Positions 1-9,708 of a stretch of 31,016 nucleotides of DNA are shown one piece after another (positions within the stretch are counted from its first letter, which is position 1; every line of letters begins with the position of its first letter). The translations under genes and the position numbers were made by a program. The notes below the pieces were generated by a model that worked only from the letters and a program-made list of their open reading frames with translations, ran no database searches and was not told the DNA's origin. The stretch is taken from IMG/VR virus record IMGVR_UViG_3300025647_000171, positions 1-31,016 of that record, one strand, 5' to 3'. The stretch comes from a virus (Duplodnaviria; Caudoviricetes).

Positions 1-477
1 TCATTTATTGAATATATGAAGACTAAAGGTGATGCTCACTATTTAGAGAAACAACCTCAGTGGTTGTTAGAAGTTGTTCCCAATTCAACAGTGAAGCGTG
101 AGTTTGGAATACATAGATCCGCACTAAAAATAATCAACTACTTACATACTTGCTTAAAGTCTTATTCAGAAGATGTTATATATTCTGAAAAAGATGACGA
201 AGGTAACACTATTAAAGAAGTGTATGGTATGAGTAAGATATTTGATCCGATGTTACTAGAAGAAATTATACAATATAATGAAGAAGGTAACTTTGACCGT
301 ATAGTAGCAGCAGAGTTGGCAATTGCTCAAGCAATGAAAATGGACCCTATATTGGGGCGAGTTGGAGGTTCAAGTGATGAAAGAGTAAAGTCATTATACA
401 GTAAAAAGAAGAGTAATAAGTTGTTTGCCAACTCAGGTAATATGTTTAAAACTAGAAAAAATAAATTGTTCACATAA
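1..477 (+). CDS. terL: Terminase large subunit, C-terminal nuclease part (5'-truncated by window)
   Basis: Frame is open from base 1 (SFIEYMKTKG...). It contains 'LLEEIIQYNEEGNFDRIVA', matching the C-terminal acidic nuclease motif of crAss-like TerL, and overlaps the portal start (TAATG). Confidence 0.85.
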   Translation, partial: SFIEYMKTKGDAHYLEKQPQWLLEVVPNSTVKREFGIHRSALKIINYLHTCLKSYSEDVIYSEKDDEGNTIKEVYGMSKIFDPMLLEEIIQYNEEGNFDRIVAAELAIAQAMKMDPILGRVGGSSDERVKSLYSKKKSNKLFANSGNMFKTRKNKLFT

Positions 478-3068
478 TGGCAATAATCAGGTATACAAAA
501 GACGCAACTATACGATACGCCTATCTTAACATTTTTCCTGATCAATTTAAGACAGAGAAAGAAAAGAAGGATGAGAGTTGGATTAAGAATACGATGGATT
601 ACTTCGCAAATAAATCGTATGCGGAGTACATGAAGAATCGTGACACATTTGTGAAGAATTACGACTTGGTCAAAGGAATTCTTAGAATGGAAGATTTCTA
701 TCAAGAGCCAGAAGTAAAATCTTTCACAGATATGTTAATGGCTGATTTAGAACTTCCATCATATGTGAAGCACTATTCAATTGTCACAACACCTATAAAC
801 AATCTTGTAGGTGAGATATCTAAACGTCCAGATACATTCCGTGTAAAAGCGTTTGATGATGATAGTCAATCTGAAGAGTTACAATTTAAGACAGAAATAC
901 TACAAAAGTTTGTAATTACTCAAGCTAAAAAAAGCATCATGGAAAAAATGGCTATGCAAGGCCAAGAGATCGATGATGAGCAATTGGAGCAACTTACTAT
1001 GGAGCAAGTGAAGGATCAATTAGATTCTTACACATCAGTTGCTGAAAAGTGGGCAAATCATATTCTAACATGTCAAAAAGCAGAGTTCAATCTAAAAGAA
1101 AAATCAGAAGATGCATTTAGGGATCTTCTTATTTCTGCAAGAGAGTACTATCATGTTTATGAAGACAACTCTAAGTTAGGTTTTAATATAGAAGTTGCGA
1201 ATCCTAAGAATACATGGTTCTTAACTACACCTGATAGAAAATACGTTTCTGATCCAACTGGAAGAAACCAAGGAGCGTATGCTGCTGGTACTGTTCAAGT
1301 TATGGAACTTTCTGAAATAATTGAATCTATTCCAGATCTTACAAAAGAAGAAATTGATCACTTGAGATCATCTCTTCAAGACTATGGATTGATTAATACA
1401 AGAGAGTCTAATCTTGGAAATCCAGAAGCTACACCTGGCACTGATTCAATTATATATGACACCTTTGATCCATTGGTGTTACAGACAAGAATGATGATCG
1501 AGTCTGAAATAAAAGAAAACAATGATGGTTTGAAAGACTTCTTGGGTCTTACATCAAACGTTTCTTCTTTTGGATATAAATATGTAGTGGTGAGATCATA
1601 TTGGGCATCAAAGAGAAAGATTGGAAAACTCATTTACATTGATGAAATGGGTAATGAGCAAACTACACTTGTTGATGAGAATTATATTTCTAAATCTATA
1701 CCTACACAAATATCATTAGAGTGGGGATGGATTAACCAATGGTATCAAGGTATTAAAATTGGTCCAGATATATATCATGTAAAGCCATTAAAGATACTTA
1801 GTTACTGTCCAATAATTGGTATAGTGCATGAGTTGAAAAATACAGAAGCGAAGTCATTGGTAGATTTGATGAAACCTTTTCAGACTCTATATAATATTTG
1901 TATGAATCAATTATACAAACTTTTAGAGAAGGAGATTGGTAATGTTGCCTCTGTTAATATTAGAAGAGTTCCTAGATTAAAAGATGGTGATGAGCAAGAT
2001 TCACTTGATATCTGGGAAATGGAAGCTAGGGAACGAGGTATTATTTTTGATGACGATAGTCCAGAAAATACCAAAGCTCCTGTATCAAATACATCTGTTG
2101 CAAGAAATATTGATTTGACTAGAACAAGTGAGATTCAATCTAGATATAATCTTGCATTACAGTTAAAGAATGAGTGTTGGGAATTGATAGGTTTGTCTAG
2201 ACAGCGTTTAGGAAGCATACAGGCTAGTGAAACTGCTACAGCTACAAATACAGCCATGTCTCAATCGTACGCTCAGACAGAACCCTTATTCGTTGCTCAT
2301 GAATATGTTCAAGGACAGTTGTATCAGGCTATTTTAGATGCTGCTCAGTACGTAGAAAGTTCTAAACCTCTGTCTACACTATCTTATATTACAAATGAAG
2401 GAGAAGCTGCATTTGTGCAGGTTAATGGGAACGATTTAAAACTTCGTGATCTCAAGGTGTTTCCAACAAATCGTCCCGAAGACACTCAAATGTTTAACGA
2501 GCTTCGTCAACTTTCTCAAGCAGTTATTCAGAATGGTGGTACGCTTTACGATATTATTGAATTGTATTCTACTAAGTCTATGAGAGAAATGAAGAAAACC
2601 TTCAAAGATCTTAGAGATCGTCAGATGCAATTACAAGATCAACAACAAAAAATGCAAGAACAGCAGCTTGAACAACAGAAGCAACTTGCTGAAGCACAGA
2701 TGCAAGAAGCTCGTCAACAAAAACAGGAGGATATAGCTAATGAAAACTATCAAAATGAACTTGATAGATTGAATAAGAAAGAAGTTGCTGTAATAAATGC
2801 TCTTGGAAGAAATGAGAATGCTGGTGCTGACAACGATCAATCTGGAACTGCTGATATATTAGAGATGACAAATCTATCTATGCAACAAAATAAAGCTGCT
2901 CAAGATTATCAAATGAAGATGCAAGACATACAATCTAAAAATACACAAGCTATGCAAAAGCTTGAAATTGAAAAAGAGAAGTTGAAAGTTACTAGAGAAA
3001 ACATGGCAAATGATCTAGCTGTAGCAAAAGAAAATGCAAAAGGAAGGAATAAAAATTCATCAAAATAA
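477..3068 (+). CDS. Portal protein
   Basis: 863 aa directly after TerL. Portal-like segments (HYSIVTTPINNLVGE, SLVDLMKPFQTLYN, ELIGLSRQRLG) and a long Q/E-rich coiled-coil C-terminus. Fits crAss-like synteny. Confidence 0.88.
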   Translation: MAIIRYTKDATIRYAYLNIFPDQFKTEKEKKDESWIKNTMDYFANKSYAEYMKNRDTFVKNYDLVKGILRMEDFYQEPEVKSFTDMLMADLELPSYVKHYSIVTTPINNLVGEISKRPDTFRVKAFDDDSQSEELQFKTEILQKFVITQAKKSIMEKMAMQGQEIDDEQLEQLTMEQVKDQLDSYTSVAEKWANHILTCQKAEFNLKEKSEDAFRDLLISAREYYHVYEDNSKLGFNIEVANPKNTWFLTTPDRKYVSDPTGRNQGAYAAGTVQVMELSEIIESIPDLTKEEIDHLRSSLQDYGLINTRESNLGNPEATPGTDSIIYDTFDPLVLQTRMMIESEIKENNDGLKDFLGLTSNVSSFGYKYVVVRSYWASKRKIGKLIYIDEMGNEQTTLVDENYISKSIPTQISLEWGWINQWYQGIKIGPDIYHVKPLKILSYCPIIGIVHELKNTEAKSLVDLMKPFQTLYNICMNQLYKLLEKEIGNVASVNIRRVPRLKDGDEQDSLDIWEMEARERGIIFDDDSPENTKAPVSNTSVARNIDLTRTSEIQSRYNLALQLKNECWELIGLSRQRLGSIQASETATATNTAMSQSYAQTEPLFVAHEYVQGQLYQAILDAAQYVESSKPLSTLSYITNEGEAAFVQVNGNDLKLRDLKVFPTNRPEDTQMFNELRQLSQAVIQNGGTLYDIIELYSTKSMREMKKTFKDLRDRQMQLQDQQQKMQEQQLEQQKQLAEAQMQEARQQKQEDIANENYQNELDRLNKKEVAVINALGRNENAGADNDQSGTADILEMTNLSMQQNKAAQDYQMKMQDIQSKNTQAMQKLEIEKEKLKVTRENMANDLAVAKENAKGRNKNSSK

Positions 3069-3165
3069 GTAGTATATAAACATAATGCTATATTATATAA
3101 AAAAATTATACTATTTTAATTATTAATCTTTGATTCGTTCATAATCGATTTTATATTTATATCAT

Positions 3166-3196
3166 ATAAACCAATAACATAATTAACTACGTATGG
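3166..3196 (+). promoter_or_regulatory. Leader motif copy 1: ATAAACCAATAA-N3-AATTAACTACGT-ATGG
   Basis: The same two blocks occur at 6114-6146, each ending at a start codon. Confidence 0.6.
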
Positions 3197-4446
3197 CAGA
3201 TAACCTAGATACTCCATCATTTGGAAACTTCGGAATTGAAGAAACACTTGGAATGGGAGCTGGTAATGCAGAATTGTTAAATGATTTATTTTCTCCAGAA
3301 ACTTCAACAGAAGACCCTGATAAAGTAGAACCAATTATAAAAACAGCTGAAGAACCAAAGCCTATTACCAAACCTGATGTTCCGAAAGGAAAAGAAGTTG
3401 TTCAAAAGTTAGATGGTGAGGAAGATGCTCCACAAGACTTTATTAGTAATTTCTTAGGAGACAATCAAGAAGAAGAGGAGGAGGAAGAAGAAGACAGTCC
3501 TCAACCAAATAAAACTAAACCAGTTCCTAAAGCTGAAGATGGTCAAGATGATGAAAATGAAGATCCATCACCATTTACAGCTTTATCAAGAGATCTATTC
3601 AAACTTGGTGTTTTCACACAAGATGAGAATGATGAAGAATCTCAAATTGAGTCACCAGAACAATTTCTTGAAAGATTCAATGCTGAAAAGAAAAAAGGTG
3701 CTGTTGAGATTGTTGACAATTTCATTGGTCAATTTGGAGAAGATTACCAAAAAGCGTTTGATGCCATATTTGTAAAAGGAGTTAATCCTAAAGATTATTT
3801 TGGTTCATATAACAATGTGGTTTCTTTTGCTGAAATGGATCTATCCAATGAAGAAAACCAAGTTAAGGTAATTAAAAAAGCATTAGCAGATCAAGGATTT
3901 GATGATGAGGATATAGTTACAGAGGTTGAGAGATTAAGAAACTACGGTGATTTAGAATCGGTGTCAAGTAGACATCATAAAGTGTTGGTGAAGAAAGAGG
4001 CAGCTAAATTGAGCCAAATGGAACAACAAGCTGAACAACAACTTCAACAAAAAACAATGGTTCGAAATCAATATATACAAAACGTTCAGTCTGTAATACA
4101 AGATAGATTGAAAACAAAGGAGTTTGATGGGATTCCATTAAACCCAAAATTGGCAACAGAACTACAAGACTTCCTTTTGGTAGACAAGTACAAAACTTCG
4201 TCTGGAGAAACTTTGACGGATTTTGATAAAACTATCCTGGAGTTAAAAAGACCTGAGAATCACGCTATGAAAGTTAAAGTGGGACTTCTTCTCAAAATTC
4301 TAGAAAAAGATCCAACCTTATCTACCATTCAAAAAACAGGTGTGAGTAAAAAATCAAACCAGTTATTTGAGGAAGTTGCGAGACAGACTAATAGAAAATC
4401 TGGATCTGGAACCAATCCTGGAAAAGCGAACTCATGGTTCTTATAA
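3193..4446 (+). CDS. Acidic putative capsid scaffolding/assembly protein
   Basis: 417 aa between portal and MCP. Strongly acidic, low-complexity N-half (poly-E) and helical C-half. Position and composition are typical of scaffolds; function is inferred. Confidence 0.6.
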   Translation: MADNLDTPSFGNFGIEETLGMGAGNAELLNDLFSPETSTEDPDKVEPIIKTAEEPKPITKPDVPKGKEVVQKLDGEEDAPQDFISNFLGDNQEEEEEEEEDSPQPNKTKPVPKAEDGQDDENEDPSPFTALSRDLFKLGVFTQDENDEESQIESPEQFLERFNAEKKKGAVEIVDNFIGQFGEDYQKAFDAIFVKGVNPKDYFGSYNNVVSFAEMDLSNEENQVKVIKKALADQGFDDEDIVTEVERLRNYGDLESVSSRHHKVLVKKEAAKLSQMEQQAEQQLQQKTMVRNQYIQNVQSVIQDRLKTKEFDGIPLNPKLATELQDFLLVDKYKTSSGETLTDFDKTILELKRPENHAMKVKVGLLLKILEKDPTLSTIQKTGVSKKSNQLFEEVARQTNRKSGSGTNPGKANSWFL

Positions 4447-4470
4447 ATTAACTAACAAAAGTAAAAAACA

Positions 4471-6024
4471 ATGGCAATTCAAACAATCCCAGGTTTAACT
4501 GGCTTTACCTACGCTCGTGTAGCGTCTATGGACAAACGTGCTGTAGGTAAATTAACAGACTCAAATCACTTGGAATCGTTTCACTCCACTGAACCTGCTG
4601 ATTATGACAAGAAGATCATCTCTTTGTACACTCAGAGTTCATTGTACAGTAACGATTTCCTTGACATGATTAACAAGTCCACTCCATACTACATCGACAA
4701 TAATAGCGATTCTTGGAAGTGGGAAGTTCAAGTACCTTATAAATTCCCTAAACTTATTGACATTCCTAGCACAACTGCTGAAATGAGCAAGCCAGGTATC
4801 GATGGTCAGGAATTCCAAGCTGTGTTGGATACTAACGAATTCTCTAAGAACGCAATCGTTTCTGTAGGTTCTCGTCAGTATGGTCCAAGATGGTATGTTG
4901 TGAAAGATCCTATGCCTTGGAATGCTGGATTCTTGTACACTTTCACATTGGTTTCTGATAATCCAATCATGGATTTCGTAAGTTCAACGTTCCTTCAAAT
5001 TGGTCTTGAGCTTGAATTGGTTGATGCTGCAATTGGTGAATTTGATCAGGATTTGCTTGGTCTACCAAGACTTGGTGAAAAGATCACAATGTTCGAATCT
5101 CTTGGTTCTGGATATGGATTTGAGCATAAGATCACTGCATGGGCTGATGATAAAACAATGAGAGATGCTTCTGGCAAACCTCTTGATATTTTAGTGTACG
5201 CTCCTCAAAGACGAAATCAACTACCATTAACTCGTAACGATGTTAAATGGGAACCGTTCGTAGAATTCATGCTTAGAAAAGCTATGCTTGAGTTGAAGGT
5301 GAAGCGTATGATCTGGTCTAAGCCAGGCACTGTAAAAACTAATGGTTCTAAGCAAGAATTGAAACGTGTATCTGCTGGTGTTTATCACAGAATGCGTAAC
5401 AATGGTAACTTGGTTCAATATAATCGTGGTGAGTTTTCTGCAAACTTGATTCGTTCAGTATTTGGAGACTTGTTCTACAGACGTGTGGATGTTAAAGATA
5501 GACGTGTTAAAATGTACACTAACGAAGCAGGCTTTGATGTATTCCAGCAGGCTTTGAAAAATGATGCATTGAATTCAGGTCTTACTTTTATGGCTGATTC
5601 TGGAAACAGATATATGCAAGGTGAAGGTCAGCATATCACTTATAACTTTGCATTTGATGCAATGGTTACTCGTGAAACTGGTCGTGTAGAATTGATTCAC
5701 TTGAAAGAGCTCGATCTTCCTCAGTCTAACCTAGAATTTGGTCAGAATAAGAAGTCTACTCCTGTGTTCATGGTGTTTGACGTTTCTCCAATGTCAGATG
5801 GGTCGATGATTAATAACATGCGTGAAGTGAGAATGAAAGGAGCTCCTTCTATGACATGGGGTTACATTGATGGACGTAGACATCATCTTGGCTTTGCTAA
5901 GTCTCAGGGTATGTCTTCTGCTAACAAATTCCCAGGTTATGAAATCTGGATGCAAGACAGATGTGATGTATTCATCGAAGATTTGTCAAGAACTGTTCTT
6001 ATCGAAGAAATTCCACAGTTCTAA
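4471..6024 (+). CDS. Major capsid protein (crAss-like, HK97 fold)
   Basis: 517 aa with N-terminal 'LTDSNHL' and C-terminal 'CDVFIEDLSRTVLIE' resembling crAss-like MCPs. A-rich leader, codon choice suggesting high expression, and a terminator immediately downstream. Confidence 0.88.
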   Translation: MAIQTIPGLTGFTYARVASMDKRAVGKLTDSNHLESFHSTEPADYDKKIISLYTQSSLYSNDFLDMINKSTPYYIDNNSDSWKWEVQVPYKFPKLIDIPSTTAEMSKPGIDGQEFQAVLDTNEFSKNAIVSVGSRQYGPRWYVVKDPMPWNAGFLYTFTLVSDNPIMDFVSSTFLQIGLELELVDAAIGEFDQDLLGLPRLGEKITMFESLGSGYGFEHKITAWADDKTMRDASGKPLDILVYAPQRRNQLPLTRNDVKWEPFVEFMLRKAMLELKVKRMIWSKPGTVKTNGSKQELKRVSAGVYHRMRNNGNLVQYNRGEFSANLIRSVFGDLFYRRVDVKDRRVKMYTNEAGFDVFQQALKNDALNSGLTFMADSGNRYMQGEGQHITYNFAFDAMVTRETGRVELIHLKELDLPQSNLEFGQNKKSTPVFMVFDVSPMSDGSMINNMREVRMKGAPSMTWGYIDGRRHHLGFAKSQGMSSANKFPGYEIWMQDRCDVFIEDLSRTVLIEEIPQF

Positions 6025-6033
6025 TAAAGGAAC

Positions 6034-6062
6034 TCTCCCTCAAAACGAGGGAGACTTTCTTT
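6034..6062 (+). terminator. Intrinsic terminator after MCP
   Basis: TCTCCCTC (6034-6041) / GAGGGAGA (6047-6054) perfect 8-bp stem with a 5-nt loop, followed by CTTTCTTT. Confidence 0.75.
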
Positions 6063-6065
6063 AAA

Positions 6066-6110
6066 CAGAGTGTAGGTCAGTGAACCTAGTCATTTGATTG
6101 ACACACTCTG
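6066..6110 (+). ncRNA. Candidate structured cis-RNA (three-way junction)
   Basis: P1 CAGAGTGT/ACACTCTG encloses hairpins AGGT-cagtga-ACCT and GTCA-tttgat-TGAC. Confidence 0.45.
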
Positions 6111-6113
6111 CAC

Positions 6114-6146
6114 ATAAACCAATAATGATCAATTAACTACGTATGG
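6114..6146 (+). promoter_or_regulatory. Leader motif copy 2: ATAAACCAATAA-N5-AATTAACTACGT-ATGG
   Basis: 12-nt and 16-nt blocks identical to those at 3166-3196. Confidence 0.6.
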
Positions 6147-7111
6147 GTAAATTTGGAAAAATCTCCACAATCAAGAAGGAGTATAATAGTGCTGGAATGC
6201 AGACAATGCAAGGCGGATTATCACAGAGAGGACTTACAAGAATTCCAGGAACTGGAGTTTTTAAATATCCTTATAAAGAACTTGACGGTAAATATAGAAC
6301 AGGATTAGATCCTGATGCTGCTTACATTAAAAGAATTGCAGATCCTACAGAGCGTGAAATTGAAATGGATCGTGTAAAGAATTTGCGAACAAAACTTGAA
6401 GATATGTTAGGAGGATTAGATCTTGGTCCACGAGCTGCTTTCTGGAACTACAGCATGTCAAGATCAGCTGATGATAATAATCATATACAACCTGTAAAAC
6501 TTCTTGATGGTGATAACTACTTCGATTTAACTATTCCATATCAGGAATTAGCATTTTCATGGTTGAGAGTTCATCCTACAATTGCAAGCTCTTATCAAGC
6601 TTGGGAAAGGGGTGACTTCCCAGCAGACATACAATTTTATGTTGTTGACGATGATATTGAAAATGCAGTTATATTCAAGAAGAAGCAAATGATCAATAAG
6701 GCAATTGCCAAATTTGATTCAATGACTCCTGAGAAGAAGCGAAAGGTTGCAAGACTGTTAGGATTACCAGTGACAGAAGATTCCAAAGAAGAATTTGTTT
6801 ACAACCAAGTAGATAATGTTCTTAAACAGACTGAATTCAAATCAGGTAAATATCAAGGGTTATCAACCATTGAAGTGTTTACAAGATTTGCAGACATGAA
6901 GGAAAATTTACTCCATATTAAAGATTTGATCAAACAAGCTATTTTACACTCAGTCTACAGAGTTAAAAACAGTGGACGTATTTATGAAGGTGAATATGAA
7001 ATAGCTACTGATGAAGATGAGTTGTTAAAATTCCTTGCTGATGATGAAAATCAGGATGAGTTGTTAACACTTGAAGGAAAGTTAAAGACTAAAAAACTTG
7101 CAGCTGTATGA
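6143..7111 (+). CDS. Conserved crAss-like capsid-module protein (post-MCP gene), function unknown
   Basis: 322-aa ORF directly after MCP with an ATGA overlap to the next gene. Assignment is by synteny. Confidence 0.6.
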   Translation: MGKFGKISTIKKEYNSAGMQTMQGGLSQRGLTRIPGTGVFKYPYKELDGKYRTGLDPDAAYIKRIADPTEREIEMDRVKNLRTKLEDMLGGLDLGPRAAFWNYSMSRSADDNNHIQPVKLLDGDNYFDLTIPYQELAFSWLRVHPTIASSYQAWERGDFPADIQFYVVDDDIENAVIFKKKQMINKAIAKFDSMTPEKKRKVARLLGLPVTEDSKEEFVYNQVDNVLKQTEFKSGKYQGLSTIEVFTRFADMKENLLHIKDLIKQAILHSVYRVKNSGRIYEGEYEIATDEDELLKFLADDENQDELLTLEGKLKTKKLAAV

Positions 7112-7839
7112 TTCTAGTAGATAGTTTGTTATATAAGATTGATCAAAAACTAAATAAACTATCAACAAACGAGCATCAACAAATTCAGCTTGAGGATAAA
7201 ATACTTGCGCTCAACGAAGCACAAATTAAGCTTATCAAGCAAAAGGTTGACGGATTTAGTGTTGTTAGTGGATTAGGTATGGATTCTTTTAAAAAGCGTT
7301 ATGAGGACTTACAAAGACTTGTGATTAGCTATGAAAAAGGTAAATTGCCACTATCCATTAAAAACAAAGAATTAAATCAATGGTCAACTAAGCTTGATGA
7401 GCTTACTCCAACTTATATGTTTTATATTGACAGCTATGTGTTAGCTGATAAAGGTATATGTAAGGATAGGAAAATTTGGATAAATAAAGATTTAGCAAAG
7501 CATGGTGATTTACAATTGTTATTGAATAACGATCACTATAAACCATCCTTTGAATATCAAGAAACATTTAATTTTATCTCTTCGGATGAAATTAGTATAT
7601 TCACAGACGGGACATTTACTCCTAATGATATATACATTTCTTACATGAGATACCCAATATACATTGATAAGGAAGGTTATGAAAAGTTTAATGGTGAAAT
7701 GTCTACAGATGTTAATTGTGAACTTGAGACCTATCTGGAAGATGAGTTAGTTGATTTAACCGTCCAGAATCTTGCAATGTACACAGAGAATGCATCTGCG
7801 GTACAGAGTGCCCAGTTCAGAATACAAACAAATGAATAA
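7108..7839 (+). CDS. Tail ring / head-tail adaptor protein
   Basis: Adaptor-like pattern: N-terminal helices 'LALNEAQIKLIK', 'ISYMRYP' and C-terminal 'CELETYLEDELVDLTV', shared in outline with the 14763 ring protein. Confidence 0.65.
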   Translation: MILVDSLLYKIDQKLNKLSTNEHQQIQLEDKILALNEAQIKLIKQKVDGFSVVSGLGMDSFKKRYEDLQRLVISYEKGKLPLSIKNKELNQWSTKLDELTPTYMFYIDSYVLADKGICKDRKIWINKDLAKHGDLQLLLNNDHYKPSFEYQETFNFISSDEISIFTDGTFTPNDIYISYMRYPIYIDKEGYEKFNGEMSTDVNCELETYLEDELVDLTVQNLAMYTENASAVQSAQFRIQTNE

Positions 7840-7861
7840 TTAATTAAAACAAAAACAAAAA

Positions 7862-9049
7862 ATGGCTGATTTCTCATTAACCACCCTTTTTGTAGTTCCA
7901 GTAGGGCAAACTGCGCTCCCTAGCTCTGGTTCTACACAGGATCTAACTGCTGGTCAAGTTGGTTTCTTCAAAAACGATTATAGTGTTGGTACAGCTGGCA
8001 ATATTGCTGCTGCTCCATACTTCTATGTAGCTCAAGGTAGAGCAAACACCTACCTACAAGGCTCTAAGCGTTCTGATAAGATCAAAGGTTGTCCATCAGG
8101 TGCTGGTTGTAATTCGAACGTAACTGAATGGTACAAAGTATCAGGTTGCGGAACTCCAGCTGTACAAATCACTGACATTAGTGGGTGGAGTGTACAATGT
8201 GGAGATGTTGTAACTCTAACTCTTAGAGGACACTCTAGTTATCTTGATACATTGTATTTCAATGGATTTACAAGATCTGTAACAGTACAAGCTCCTTGCT
8301 GTGACTGCGGTGCTGATCCTTGTACTGATGTTGATGTTCCTGCATTGATTGATCAATTTATTGCTAAATTGAATCAGGAAGGTCCAGGTATCAATCCTGA
8401 TAATATTACATTCAGTGACTTCTACACATTCGAAAGAGTTGGTAATGATGCTTCAGCTGTTCTTAGAATTTCTGGTAAAACTCTTACTAAGTATGGTCAG
8501 CCTTGTGATATTGCTGCATTCCCTTGGGAATATGATAGAATGTGGTTCCGTGCATTTGTTTATCAAGGTCCTGCTACAACTGTTGATTTTATTGTTGCTG
8601 ACAATTGTGATATTGTTGCAACTGCAAATGTTGTTCAGAGATCTTCTTATCCAACTGGAACTGCTGAAGAAATTGCTCAACTTGAGAAGAACTTCTACAG
8701 CTATCAGGCTGGTTATTTGAAGCACTTGTATAGAATGAATGGTTACAATGGTAACTTCGAGACTTATGTTTCTGAAGGTGTCATTTACGATACATACTAT
8801 ATCAAATTCAACGAGATTGATAAGTCTGCTTATCAGTGGGGTGATTATATCCATGAGGATAACATGGTAATCATTGCTGTTCCTAATGCTGACACTGTTG
8901 GTAATGCTGGAATTGCTGCTGCTACTGAAGCGGTACTTGTTGCTGGGTTAGGAGCTGTAGTTGATAATAATGCTTGCATTACTACCACAACTACTACTTC
9001 ATCTGCTCCAGCAAGCACTACTACTACTACATCAACATTGATTCCTTAA
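7862..9049 (+). CDS. Auxiliary capsid (decoration) protein
   Basis: 395 aa, Ala/Gly/Thr/Cys-rich, with A-rich leader and its own terminator (abundant protein). Position after a ring gene matches the crAss-like auxiliary capsid gene. Thr-rich C-terminal tail. Confidence 0.6.
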   Translation: MADFSLTTLFVVPVGQTALPSSGSTQDLTAGQVGFFKNDYSVGTAGNIAAAPYFYVAQGRANTYLQGSKRSDKIKGCPSGAGCNSNVTEWYKVSGCGTPAVQITDISGWSVQCGDVVTLTLRGHSSYLDTLYFNGFTRSVTVQAPCCDCGADPCTDVDVPALIDQFIAKLNQEGPGINPDNITFSDFYTFERVGNDASAVLRISGKTLTKYGQPCDIAAFPWEYDRMWFRAFVYQGPATTVDFIVADNCDIVATANVVQRSSYPTGTAEEIAQLEKNFYSYQAGYLKHLYRMNGYNGNFETYVSEGVIYDTYYIKFNEIDKSAYQWGDYIHEDNMVIIAVPNADTVGNAGIAAATEAVLVAGLGAVVDNNACITTTTTTSSAPASTTTTTSTLIP

Positions 9050-9079
9050 TAGTAGGTACTAAATAAATTTCAATAACCT

Positions 9080-9126
9080 ATGCCAGAGGGTGAGAGGATT
9101 AATTCTCAAAATCCTCTGGCATTTTC
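9080..9126 (+). terminator. Long hairpin / intrinsic terminator after auxiliary capsid gene
   Basis: ATGCCAGAGGGT (9080-9091) pairs with ATCCTCTGGCAT (9111-9122, one G-U pair). Inner GAGA/TCTC pairing, followed by TTTC. Confidence 0.7.
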
Positions 9127-9137
9127 TATAATGTGAT

Positions 9138-9707
9138 ATGCCAGATCTAAAACTTGATATACTAGTAATCCCTACATATGATACACTCACTCTTGGAATT
9201 GCTGATGCTTCAACGTATCCAACTGATCCACCAACTGTATCATCACCTATTATTGAAATTACTGTTCCTAATTTTGGTATAGTTAGTTTACCATTCAATG
9301 TTAATGAGCTGAATGTATTCTCATCATCAAGTTTGGGAATTACTCCAATTGGTACAAACGATCCTATTCCTGATGGTATTTATTATTTAAAATACACGGT
9401 GGACCCAGCTGAAGTTAATTTTGTCAACAAGACTACAATGCGTGTAGATAGACTTCAACAGAAGTTTGATGAGGCATTTATGAAGCTTGATATGATGGAA
9501 TGTGACAGAGCTATCAAAACTCAAGCAAAAGTTGAACTCACCACTGTATCGTTTTTTATAAATGGTGCATTAGCTGCTGCAAATAATTGTGCAATAGTTG
9601 AAGCAAATAAATTGTATCTTCAAGCTGATAAAATGTTAAACAACTTCATTAGAGCTAATTGTGGATGTTCTGGAAACAATTATGCTACAGTGACAACTTA
9701 TTATTGA
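9138..9707 (+). CDS. Putative tail hub (fibre-docking) protein A
   Basis: 189 aa, Ig-like beta N-part ending 'PDGIYYLKYTV' plus helical Cys-containing C-part. Synteny with crAss-like hub genes. Confidence 0.5.
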   Translation: MPDLKLDILVIPTYDTLTLGIADASTYPTDPPTVSSPIIEITVPNFGIVSLPFNVNELNVFSSSSLGITPIGTNDPIPDGIYYLKYTVDPAEVNFVNKTTMRVDRLQQKFDEAFMKLDMMECDRAIKTQAKVELTTVSFFINGALAAANNCAIVEANKLYLQADKMLNNFIRANCGCSGNNYATVTTYY

Positions 9708-9708
9708 T

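Noticed and set aside
3070-3117. Nested AT-rich inverted repeats (TAGTATA/TATACTA; ATAAT/ATTAT) after the portal gene
   Set aside because: Almost all A-T pairs in a very AT-rich gap, so too weak to call a terminator or operator.
3466-3495. GAA/GAG run as a contingency microsatellite
   Set aside because: Mixed codons encoding poly-Glu in an acidic scaffold-like region, not a pure slippage tract.
6066-6110. tRNA fragment or hammerhead ribozyme
   Set aside because: Too short for tRNA with no T-loop or anticodon arm, and the hammerhead catalytic core is absent. Kept only as an unclassified structure.
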